Below, in pieces: positions 42,555-50,925 of a DNA stretch of 64,000 nucleotides (its first letter is position 1; every line of letters starts with the position of its first letter). The stretch comes from an uncultured delta proteobacterium (GTDB taxonomy: Bacteria > Desulfobacterota_D > UBA1144 > Nemesobacterales > UBA2774). Below the pieces are notes generated by a model. That model did not search any database. It had not been told where the DNA came from and was given only the letters and a program-made list of their open reading frames with translations. The position numbers were made by a program, and so were the translations under genes. Location: assembly GCA_963752995.1 (NCBI GenBank), contig CAVWAZ010000017.1:148684-212683 (forward strand), given 5' to 3'.

Positions 42555-43088
42555 CTATACCGCTTGCCCTTTCTTCTTGCGAAGAGCGAAGAACACCCCG
42601 ATCAGCGCCAATCCGCAAGCCGCCGCTATCATGCCCCATTCGGATAAGGTCGGGACGTTCGACACGAGTCCCGTTACGTTCGTGAAAGTGCACGTTATCT
42701 CCGTTCCTCCGAGACAGTCGAGGCTGACCCCGTCTTTGATAAACGTCACGTCGACAAGCGCCGAATCGCTGCACTCGACGTTATCGAGTATCCAGCCGGG
42801 AAAAAATTCTTCTCTGATCTGGTAGTCATCGCCGCTGAAAGCAGTGCCGAAGCATTCGCTGTTGGGAACCAGCTCGAACGTATCGGAGTCACCGCCTTGC
42901 GACACGGTGAAAGGGAAGGCAAGCGGCTCGACCTTGAAATCGACTACCGGCAATTCAGGCGCGCTCTTGCAGATTTGAACCGCGCATTGCGCGTGGGCGG
43001 TGTTATTGAGCGACGGAATCAACAAAAGACCCATCACCGTCAGTGCGAAAATGTAAAACGGTAAAGCCTTACGTATGTACGGTTTCAT
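42555..43088 (-). CDS. IPTL-CTERM protein with prealbumin-like-fold (C...CTFTN) domain
   Basis: ATG at 43088 lies 8 nt after GGAGG (the ORF track extends to 43160). MKPYIRKALPFYIFALTVMGLLLIPSLNNTAHA signal peptide. ...VQICKSAPELP...GWILDNVEC...EITCTFTNVTGLVSNVPTLSEWGMIAAACGLALIGVFFALRKKKG. Confidence 0.8.
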   Translation of the reverse strand: MKPYIRKALPFYIFALTVMGLLLIPSLNNTAHAQCAVQICKSAPELPVVDFKVEPLAFPFTVSQGGDSDTFELVPNSECFGTAFSGDDYQIREEFFPGWILDNVECSDSALVDVTFIKDGVSLDCLGGTEITCTFTNVTGLVSNVPTLSEWGMIAAACGLALIGVFFALRKKKGQAV

Positions 43089-43219
43089 ATATTCATCCTC
43101 CATTAAGATTGAATTTAGCACAATTATACAAGAATCACGGGGATTGAGCAATTCAGTCACGTTACGACCGCCTTGCCATCCCTCTCGCGGATGTTAGCCT
43201 TTAAACAGAGGTGATCCCG

Positions 43220-43732
43220 ATGCCCAAACTAAAAACCCTTTTCATCGTCCGCCACGCGAAATCGAGCTGGGACGAAGCCGGGCTCGACGACAGGGACAGG
43301 CCCCTTAACGAAAGGGGCAAGGAAGAAGCCCCCAAAATGGGGAAGCATCTGGCCGGATATTCCGTCAAGCCCGAGCTAATTACTTCGAGCCCTGCATTGC
43401 GCGCCCTCAAGACCGCCGAGAAGATAGCGAAGGAGCTCGGTTTTAAGAAATCGGACGTGAAGGTGGACGAGGGGATCTATACCTTCAACGGGGGTAACCT
43501 GATGGACGTGGTGAAAGGGTTCGACGACAAGTACAAGTCCGTTATGATGGTCGGCCACAACCCCGCAATCACCTCCTTCGCGAATGAGCTCTCGAATGGA
43601 GGCATAGACAACATCCCCACGTGCGGCGTGGTGCTCCTCGAATTCGACGCCCGTAAATGGAAGGACGTCGGAAAGGGCGGAGGCAGGCTCCTCGAATTCG
43701 ACTACCCGAAAAAGCTCTGGGGCAGGGCTTGA
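43220..43732 (+). CDS. sixA: Phosphohistidine phosphatase SixA / histidine-phosphatase family
   Basis: LFIVRHAKSSWDEAGLDDRDRPLNERGKEEA...SSPALRALKTAE...VGHNP. ATG 43220 has a GAGGTG RBS (the ORF track starts at GTG 43211). Confidence 0.8.
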   Translation: MPKLKTLFIVRHAKSSWDEAGLDDRDRPLNERGKEEAPKMGKHLAGYSVKPELITSSPALRALKTAEKIAKELGFKKSDVKVDEGIYTFNGGNLMDVVKGFDDKYKSVMMVGHNPAITSFANELSNGGIDNIPTCGVVLLEFDARKWKDVGKGGGRLLEFDYPKKLWGRA

Positions 43733-43780
43733 AATTTCCCCCCGCTCCTGTATAAATTCCCCTGAATCGGATTAATCGGC

Positions 43781-44173
43781 ATGAAATACTCGACCCCCGA
43801 CCTCTGCGACCTCTACCCAGCGCTCGTCCGTATAGCCGAGCCCGTATTCAGGAATTACGGAGGCAGGCGCTCCTTCGGCGGCGAGGTCGTCACCATCAAG
43901 TGCTTCGAGGACAATTCGTTCGTTAAGGAAACGGCCGGCAAGCCCGGGCGCGGCAAGGTAATGGTCGTCGACGGCGGCGGCTCGCTGAGAAAGGCCCTCC
44001 TCGGGGACCTCATTGCGGAGGCCGCATTCAAGAACGGGTGGGAGGGGTTGATCATATACGGCGCCGTGAGGGACGTGGACGCGATCGAGAGCCTCGACCT
44101 GGGCGTCATGGCGCTCGCTTCGATACCGCTCAAGACCGAGAGGAAAGGGCGGGGGAAACGGGCGGACCGGTGA
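43781..44173 (+). pseudogene. rraA: RraA-family protein (RNase E regulator / HMG-aldolase fold), frameshift at ~44150
   Basis: [25 protein letters not shown]...[18 protein letters not shown]....[43 protein letters not shown]. The expected C-terminus ...[29 protein letters not shown] is in the +1 frame, which then runs on into repeat copy A up to 44460. Confidence 0.8.
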
Positions 44174-44330
44174 CCTTCGCCGGCGTAACTTTCAGCCCCG
44201 GCGAGTACGTCTACGCGGACGGCACGGGGATCATAGTGTCCGCGGAGCCCTCAGGATGCCGGGCGGGTGACACCGCGGGCATACGATTCTCCGTCGCCCA
44301 GTCACCCGTCATTCGAGTTTGTCAAAACGC

Positions 44331-44494
44331 TCTTCCCGACATTACAGAATTTGCGTTAAGAAAATCGATTGTACGAGCGTTAAAAATCTTCCACGGGCTG
44401 GGGAGAATTGGAAGATTTAGCGAGTACATGAGATTTTTAGCAAATTATGTAGTCGGATGATTTTTGCTTCTTTTATCAGGAAAAGAAGGATAAA
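44331..44494 (+). repeat. Long-hairpin mosaic element, copy A
   Basis: Hairpin core 44336-44456 (CCGACATTACAGAATTTGCG...GTAGTCGG), then a U-rich tract and a second hairpin CTTCTTTT-ATCAG-GAAAAGAAG. A degenerate tail extends to about 44590. Confidence 0.85.
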
Positions 44495-44740
44495 GCTTTT
44501 CTTCCTAGTCTTTTCATAAAAAAGGTTGTCTGCCTTTTGCTTTCTTCGTCATCCGGAACCGCTCCAAGGGGGGTAAATATGGGGGAGCATTCCGCCGCTC
44601 GCAATGCCCCGCATACCGGGCCACGCCCCCGCTAAAATCTATTGATAATAATTTGAAAATAATCTACAATGGAGACAGCAAGGACCTCTCACCATTAATC
44701 TATATCAGACGATGATGACTGAGACCAGAGCGGAGGAGCA

Positions 44741-46615
44741 ATGAAACTTCTACTCATTAACCCGAGATTCCCGGAGAGCTTCTGGAGCTTCAAATGGGCC
44801 GTTGATAACATCATGCCCAGGGATGTAAGGACGATAAACCCGCCCCTCGGGCTCGCCACGCTGGCCGCCCTCAGCCCCCCCGATTGGGAAATCGAAATAA
44901 TAGACGAAAACATAGAGACCATACCGCTTAACCCCGTAGCCGACGTCATAGGCATCTGCGGCATGGGGGTGCAGTTCCAGAGGCAAAAGGAGCTTCTCAG
45001 GTTCTACAGGAACAGGGGTTACTACGTCGTGGCGGGCGGAAGCTACGCCTCGCTCTGCCCGGAGTACTTCGAGACCCTCGCCGACACGGTAGTCGCCGGA
45101 GAGGCCGAATACATATGGAAAAGGTTCTGTACGGACTACGACAACGGCTCCCCGCAAAAGCTCTACAAGGAATGCGAAGAGGTCTCGCTCGAGGATTCCC
45201 CCACGCCCAGGTTCGACCTGCTCAAGCTCGACAAGTACCAGGCGGTGAGCCTCCAGTTTTCGAGAGGGTGCCCGTACCGCTGCGAGTTCTGCGACATCAT
45301 AGTCATGTTCGGCCGGAAGCCGCGCGTGAAGGCGTTCGAGCAGGTGGGGAGGGAGCTCGACGAGCTCCGGAAGCTGGGCGTCACGAACGTATTCTTCGTC
45401 GACGACAACCTCATCGGGAATAAGCCCGTCGCGAAGAAGCTAATGGCTTATCTGAGGGACTACCAGAAGGAGCACGGCTACCAATTCCTCTTCGGCACCG
45501 AGGCGTCGCTCAACATAGCGCAGGACGACGAGCTGCTCGACCTCTTCAGGCAGGCCAATTTCGGATGGGTATTCATAGGCATAGAGTCCCCGGACGAGGG
45601 GAGCTTGAAGGAGACACTCAAGTTCCAGAACACGAGAGGCAACATTCTCGATTCCATAAGGCACGTATATTCATACGGCATAGAGGTGCTGGCGGGCTTC
45701 ATCATAGGGTTCGACAACGATACCGTCCGCACGTTCGACCTCCAGTATAATTTCATCCAGAATTCGGGCATACAGGCGGCGATGATCGGGCTCCTGACGG
45801 CGGTGCCGAAAACCCCGCTCTACGAAAGGCTCGAAAAGGACGGCCGTCTCATAAAGGACGCGAGCGGGACGGACAACACCAAGCTCGGCACGAACCTCAT
45901 ACCCAAGCAGATGACCTACGAGGAGATGGTGGACGGCTACCGCGAGCTCTACTTCAGGCTCCTCGACGACCGCACCATCGCGGACCGGATTTTAAACAAA
46001 ACAACTTATCTGAAGGACCCGCTCTTCAGGAGCACTTACGGCATCGCCGAACAGGCGCGCGCGCTCGGGAGGTTCATAATGAACGGCATCGCGCCCGGCG
46101 GCCTGCCCAGGGCATATCAATTCCTGAGGACGTTCCCCTTCACGAACCCCGGCATGATACCGCTCGTCATACAGGACTGGACCATCGGCATATCGATGAG
46201 GAACTACGTCGACCGTCATTTCGCGAGGGTCACGGACGAACAGGCGAGCCTCGCCAAAAACCACCTGGCCACGTTCGAGCTGTCGTTCGGGCGCTACCTC
46301 GACAGGGGCGTGCTCGAGGTCTCCCTCGAAAGGGTCCGGAACGCCGCGCACAACCTTTCCATATCCATAAAGGGCATGCTCGACGTGGACTTCTTCGACA
46401 GCGTCGGGACGCACCTGGAGAGCGTGCTCAGGGATACGCCCTCGTCCGTCACGCTCAAGATCGAGGAGATCCACGATACCGAGCGCCAGCACCTCCACAG
46501 GCTCTTCGACCGCCTCTCGCGCCACGGGGACAGGATATACATAGCAGTAAACGAGAAGCTCCGCGACAAGGTGCACATCGATTCCTCCGTATTCAACCTC
46601 GTTCTCGAAGGGTAA
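44741..46615 (+). CDS. B12-binding-domain radical SAM protein with DUF4070-type C-terminal extension
   Basis: 624 aa, N-terminal cobalamin-binding-like domain (LLINPRFPESFW...PPLGLATLAA...DVIGICGM), radical SAM cluster motif SRGCPYRCEFCDI, and a long helical C-terminal domain. Confidence 0.85.
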   Translation: MKLLLINPRFPESFWSFKWAVDNIMPRDVRTINPPLGLATLAALSPPDWEIEIIDENIETIPLNPVADVIGICGMGVQFQRQKELLRFYRNRGYYVVAGGSYASLCPEYFETLADTVVAGEAEYIWKRFCTDYDNGSPQKLYKECEEVSLEDSPTPRFDLLKLDKYQAVSLQFSRGCPYRCEFCDIIVMFGRKPRVKAFEQVGRELDELRKLGVTNVFFVDDNLIGNKPVAKKLMAYLRDYQKEHGYQFLFGTEASLNIAQDDELLDLFRQANFGWVFIGIESPDEGSLKETLKFQNTRGNILDSIRHVYSYGIEVLAGFIIGFDNDTVRTFDLQYNFIQNSGIQAAMIGLLTAVPKTPLYERLEKDGRLIKDASGTDNTKLGTNLIPKQMTYEEMVDGYRELYFRLLDDRTIADRILNKTTYLKDPLFRSTYGIAEQARALGRFIMNGIAPGGLPRAYQFLRTFPFTNPGMIPLVIQDWTIGISMRNYVDRHFARVTDEQASLAKNHLATFELSFGRYLDRGVLEVSLERVRNAAHNLSISIKGMLDVDFFDSVGTHLESVLRDTPSSVTLKIEEIHDTERQHLHRLFDRLSRHGDRIYIAVNEKLRDKVHIDSSVFNLVLEG

Positions 46616-46730
46616 GAACAGGGGCGCAGAACCTGTGTTTTATGATCCTTCCGCCGCTCCTCTGCATCATAGCCGGCAACGTACCCAGAACCCGTTCGAT
46701 CGCCTGAGCTTGTCGAAGCAAGCGCGCATC

Positions 46731-47010
46731 TTTTTCCTTCCCGACATTACAGAATTTGCGTTAAGAAAATCGATTGTACGAGCGTTAAAAATCTTCCACG
46801 GGCTGGGGTTGAATTGGAAGATTTAGCGAGTACATGAGATTTTTAGCTAATTCTGTAGTCGGATGATTTTTGCTTCTTTTCATCAAGGAAAAGAAGGATA
46901 AAAAAAACAGCCTTTCTCCCTAGTCTTTTCTTAAAACACACTCTGTGTGTCGCGGCTGGCCGTCCCGGACTGACCCGGGAAGCCCGCTCCTACAGATTGG
47001 GGAGAGGAAA
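46731..47010 (+). repeat. Long-hairpin mosaic element, copy B (full mosaic)
   Basis: Hairpin 46741-46862. Second hairpin 46873-46896. ACACACTCTGTGTGT palindrome. REP-like TCGCGGCTGGCC...GCCCGCTCCTAC. GGGGAGAGGAAA at 47000-47010. Confidence 0.85.
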
Positions 47011-47174
47011 TCTAGAACGCATAAACAAACACCTTCCTCCATCAAAGGCTTCAAAACCTTGTCACCCTAAAACGCGGTTTCGACCTTCCGTATTTGTTAT
47101 TCATAAACCGCATTGCGTGTGGTATCTTTGTTTTTTCCATCAAGGAAAGAAAATTTACTTACAGGGGTATTATT

Positions 47175-48197
47175 ATGTCCGTGAAAGACCCGTTCTCCAT
47201 AATGCGCACAGGTTTCGGATTCTGGGAATCCAAAGTGCTGCTCACCGCTGTCGAATTCGACCTGTTCACGAAGCTGGGCGACAATTCCATGACCGCCGAG
47301 GGGATAGGCGAGATGCTCTCCCTCCAATCGAGGGGCACGCGGGACTTCCTCGACGCGCTCCTGTCGATGGGGTTCCTCGAGCGGGAAGGGGACGGCCCTG
47401 GGGCGCTCTACCGGAACACCGAAACGACGCGCATATACCTCGACAGGGATAACCCGTCCTACATGGGCGGCATCCTCGAGATGCTCAACAAGCGCCTATA
47501 TAAATACTGGGACGACCTGGGCGAAGCGCTCCAGACCGGAAAAGCCCAGAACGAGATCAAGCACAGCCAGAAGCCCCTCTTCGAGGAGCTATACTCGGAC
47601 ATCCCGCGCCTCGAGCAGTTCATGTGGGCGATGGCCGGCATATCGCGCCACAATTTCATAGCGCTCGCGCAGAAGTTCGACTTCTCCCGTTTCAGGACGC
47701 TATGCGACGTGGGCGGCGCGGCGGGGGTGCTCTCCATAGCCGTCGCCGAAAAGCACCGTAACCTGATTTGCACGTCCTTCGACCTCCCCGAGGTCGAGCC
47801 CATCGCGAAAAGGTCGATAGAGCGGGCGGGGCTGTCCGACCGCGTGTCGACTGCGGCGGGGGACTTCTTCCGCGACCCGCTGCCGAACGCGGACGTTGTA
47901 ACGATGGGGATGATACTCCACGACTGGAACCTCGAGAAGAAGAAGCAGCTCATAAGGTCGGCTTACGAGGCCCTTCCCGAAAGGGGGGCGTTCATCGTGG
48001 TCGAGAACCTCATCGACGACGCCCGCAGGGAGAACACGTTCGGGCTCCTGATGTCCCTCAACATGCTCATCGAGACGGGCGAGGGGTTCGACTACACGTC
48101 GGCCGATTTCAACGAATGGTGCGCCGAGGCCGGGTTCAAAAAGTTCGAGGTGCTCCACCTGATAGGCCCTTCGAGCGCTGCGATTGCGTATAAGTAG
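47175..48197 (+). CDS. Class I SAM-dependent O-methyltransferase (family 2, with N-terminal dimerisation/winged-helix domain)
   Basis: ATG 47175 (MSVKDPFSIMRTGFGFWESKVLLTAVEFDLFTKL...). SAM motif LCDVGGAAGVLS...SFDLPEV...GDFF.D.LP.ADV..MG.ILHDW. The ORF track starts at 47094. Confidence 0.85.
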   Translation: MSVKDPFSIMRTGFGFWESKVLLTAVEFDLFTKLGDNSMTAEGIGEMLSLQSRGTRDFLDALLSMGFLEREGDGPGALYRNTETTRIYLDRDNPSYMGGILEMLNKRLYKYWDDLGEALQTGKAQNEIKHSQKPLFEELYSDIPRLEQFMWAMAGISRHNFIALAQKFDFSRFRTLCDVGGAAGVLSIAVAEKHRNLICTSFDLPEVEPIAKRSIERAGLSDRVSTAAGDFFRDPLPNADVVTMGMILHDWNLEKKKQLIRSAYEALPERGAFIVVENLIDDARRENTFGLLMSLNMLIETGEGFDYTSADFNEWCAEAGFKKFEVLHLIGPSSAAIAYK

Positions 48198-48439
48198 GGA
48201 TTCTTCTGCCGCGTCAATCCCGCCATTTCCTTTTAATTCCTTCCCCCAAACCGGGGTGGACAAAAGGGGAGCAGTACATCAATATATATGTGCTCATATA
48301 AAAACAATACTCTAAAATTGCGTTCGCAATGCGCTGCCCGCGGGAGGACGGTAGTTTTCATCTACTTCTCAGCGTTCCGGAAGCACCGCACAGCGGTCCG
48401 CGAGAGCATTGATCATTCTTTTTTTGGGAGGGTATTTCT

Positions 48440-49573
48440 ATGAAGACGCGCGTCCTGATTCTTGGAGCGGGTTTCGGAGGCCTCGAGCTCAGCACTCTCT
48501 TGTCGGAGGCGTTCGGCGATGAGGTCGATGTGACCCTCATCGACAAGAACGACCACTTCATTTTCGGCTACTCGAAGCTCGACGTGATGTTCGGCCTGAC
48601 GACGCCGGATGCCGTCCGTCTGCCGTACCGCAACTTTGTAAAAACGGGCGTGCGCTTTCTGCAGGAGACGATTACCGCGATTGATCCGGACGCGCGGCGC
48701 GTCACGACCGATGCCGGCAGCTACGAGTCCGATGTCATGGTCGTCGCGCTCGGCGCCGACTACGACCTCGACGCCACGCCGGGACTGGCCGATGAGGGCA
48801 GCGAGTTTTACTCCGAAGCCGGGGCGGAGCGGATGCGCGGGATAGTCCACAATTTCTCAAAAGGCCGGGCCATCATCGGCGTTTCCGCGGCGCCGTACAA
48901 GTGCCCGCCGGCGCCGAGCGAATGCGCGCTGCTTCTGCACGACTACCTGACGAAAAAGGGCGTCCGCAGCCGATGCGAAATTACACTGGTGCTGCCGTTG
49001 GGGAGCCCGGTGCCGCCGTCGCCCGAGACTTCCAGGGCGCTGGTCGGCGCCTTTTCGGAGCGCGACATCAAGTTTGTCCCCAGCCGCCGCGTGGCTTCGC
49101 TTGACCCCGGACGCCGCGTCGCGGTGCTGGACGACGGCAGCGAGCTGCCCTACGACTTATACCTGGGTGTGCCCAGGCACCGTGCGCCGAAGGTCGTCGA
49201 GGAAAGCGGCATGGCCGAGAACGGCTGGGTACCCGTCAATCCGAGGACGCTCGAAACACGATTCCCCGGGGTGTACGCAGTGGGTGACATCGCGAATACC
49301 GGAACGCCAAAGGCGGGCGTGTTCGCCGAGGCCGCGGCTCGCGCCGTTGCGGCTTCGCTCACCGCGCGCATACGCGGGGGCGGGCAGTCCGGGGCTTACA
49401 CCGGCGCGGGTTCCTGCTACATCGAGTTTGGCGCCGGGCGGATCGGCCGGGTGGACGTGGATTTCTTCTCGGGGCCTTCGCCAACGGGTACGTACCACGA
49501 GCCTTCAGTCGCCATGCGGTCCGAAAAGGAGCATTTCGGTTCGAGCAGGCGCGCCCGCTGGTTCGGCCTGTGA
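48440..49573 (+). CDS. FAD/NAD(P)-binding oxidoreductase of the sulfide:quinone reductase / NDH-2 type
   Basis: 377 aa, VLILGAGFGGLE dinucleotide fold, ...YKCPPAPSECALLL..., ...VYAVGDIAN...PKAGVFAE. Confidence 0.75.
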   Translation: MKTRVLILGAGFGGLELSTLLSEAFGDEVDVTLIDKNDHFIFGYSKLDVMFGLTTPDAVRLPYRNFVKTGVRFLQETITAIDPDARRVTTDAGSYESDVMVVALGADYDLDATPGLADEGSEFYSEAGAERMRGIVHNFSKGRAIIGVSAAPYKCPPAPSECALLLHDYLTKKGVRSRCEITLVLPLGSPVPPSPETSRALVGAFSERDIKFVPSRRVASLDPGRRVAVLDDGSELPYDLYLGVPRHRAPKVVEESGMAENGWVPVNPRTLETRFPGVYAVGDIANTGTPKAGVFAEAAARAVAASLTARIRGGGQSGAYTGAGSCYIEFGAGRIGRVDVDFFSGPSPTGTYHEPSVAMRSEKEHFGSSRRARWFGL

Positions 49574-49695
49574 TTCATGCAATAGCGTATGCCGGCATCG
49601 GCCTGTCACAATGTCTCAATCATGTCATCGCGGGCCGAAATAAAAAAGGGAGCCGAAGCTCCCTTTTGGTATTTAGTTTTTAATGCCGTTTGACC

Positions 49696-50382
49696 TTACG
49701 CGGCGGCTTTCCTTCTTCTCGCGATCAGAAGTCCGGCCAGTCCCAGAATGCCGGCCATCGCGATCAGGCCCCATTCTGAGAGGGTGGGGATTGGTCTCGA
49801 CGTAGTAGTCGTATAGACGATGCGCTCGAATGCCGTAGATTCGTTCAGGTCCTCTGTCACGCCGCACCTGTATCCGCCTTCGCCTATTAGCAGGTGCCAG
49901 CATAGCCTTTCATCGTTAGCGCCGCTCGATTCGGTATCGCAATTGTTCTTCCTCACACTGTCCCCCGCCCTTACGAATCCCCAGGCGTTCTGGCCTGGCT
50001 CAGTTTCACCTGGAGCTGATATGTTGAAATACCAGCCCACGCCGTTGGCGATATGAGTAACATCCAAATTCTCGCCTGTATCGAAAGTCACATCCTCTCG
50101 CGCGCCCTGGGCGAGGAGGGTCAGCGTACTGCTCCCGGTCGGCCGGCAGGACAACATGAGGAGATCGCCGGGACATCGCTCAAGCACGGTTTCCGCATTC
50201 AGTTGGTTGTCATAGGTATCCCTGTAACACTCGATCCATCCGCCTGTGGAAACGACGGAGACGGGAACGTCCACCTGCGGCCCGACGGGCAGGTAAGTCT
50301 GGGCGTTGGCTTCGTGGCTGATCAAGGCTATCGACATACACAGGAAAATAATCAACGGCAGGATATTAATTCCGTTTCTCAT
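49696..50382 (-). CDS. Secreted protein with IPTL-CTERM sorting signal
   Basis: ATG 50382 follows an AAAGGAGGA RBS (MRNGINILPLIIFLCMSIALISHEANA signal peptide; the ORF track extends to 50658). C-terminus RPIPTLSEWGLIAMAGILGLAGLLIARRRK. Confidence 0.75.
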   Translation of the reverse strand: MRNGINILPLIIFLCMSIALISHEANAQTYLPVGPQVDVPVSVVSTGGWIECYRDTYDNQLNAETVLERCPGDLLMLSCRPTGSSTLTLLAQGAREDVTFDTGENLDVTHIANGVGWYFNISAPGETEPGQNAWGFVRAGDSVRKNNCDTESSGANDERLCWHLLIGEGGYRCGVTEDLNESTAFERIVYTTTTSRPIPTLSEWGLIAMAGILGLAGLLIARRRKAAA

Positions 50383-50472
50383 CGAACATCCTCCTTTAAT
50401 TAATGCTCTGTTCTGATGATTATATTTCCTAACGGGGGGTTGTGTCAATGCGGCGTGCGCGATTGCTGTAGA

Positions 50473-50830
50473 ATCCGACAGATCCGACATATCCGCGGAG
50501 TATATACCCTGCGCGTCTGTCGGATGTGTCGGAAGATGGAAATCTGTCATTGCAACGATTTCGAGCGTGCGAGGAATCGGTCGCCATTGGCTAATTGCGA
50601 ATAAGCACCTTATTCGTCGTACCAAGGTCACAAAAACCAAATTACGAAGGCGCGGCAATCTCCTGAATAAAGATGAGATCCTGAAACAAGTTCAGGATGA
50701 CGGAAATGCGAGATCGCCACGGCCACAAAACGGTCTCGCGATGACAGAAAAGAGAGCCGTCTTTGCGAGCTGCGAAGCAGCGCGGCAATCTCACCCCTGC
50801 CTGTCATTGCGAGGGGGGGCAGAGATCACA
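50473..50830 (+). repeat. Mosaic block of intergenic repeat modules (left of the Cys-rich gene)
   Basis: Modules: ATCCGACAGATCCGACATATCCG...TCTGTCGGATGTGTCGGA..AAATCTGTCATTGC (50473-55), ATCCTGAAACAAGTTCAGGAT, AGATCGCCACGGCCACAAAACGGTCTCGCGATGACAGA (50711-48), GCGAGCTGCGAAGCAGCGCGGCAATCTCA (50765-93). Confidence 0.75.
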
Positions 50831-50925
50831 GAGTCTCTACCCCCCTTAAAGGTCAAACTAGATTTCAGAAGTATAACAATATCTGTTGAAGACTCTTCAA
50901 TTGTTATAACTTTTTGAGACTATTC

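Noticed and set aside
44396-44443. A small ORF on the minus strand of the hairpin element (MYSLNLPIQPQPVEDF in copies B and D), and the + strand peptide FPDITEFALRKSIVRALKIFHGLG.
   Set aside because: Length differences in the loop change the minus-strand frame in copies A and C. The + strand frame ends at different points in each copy, with a stop right after GLG in copy C. Conservation follows the base-pairing pattern, not a reading frame.
50567-50917. ORFs that cross repeat modules (50567-50917, 52146-52373, 46635-46826, 54462-54824, 54604-54798, 50416-50604).
   Set aside because: They are translations of the dispersed palindromic modules (..LKQVQDDG.., ..LAMTEK.., ..SLRGGAEI.., ..DITEFALRKS..). 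They have no RBS and no frame conserved between copies.
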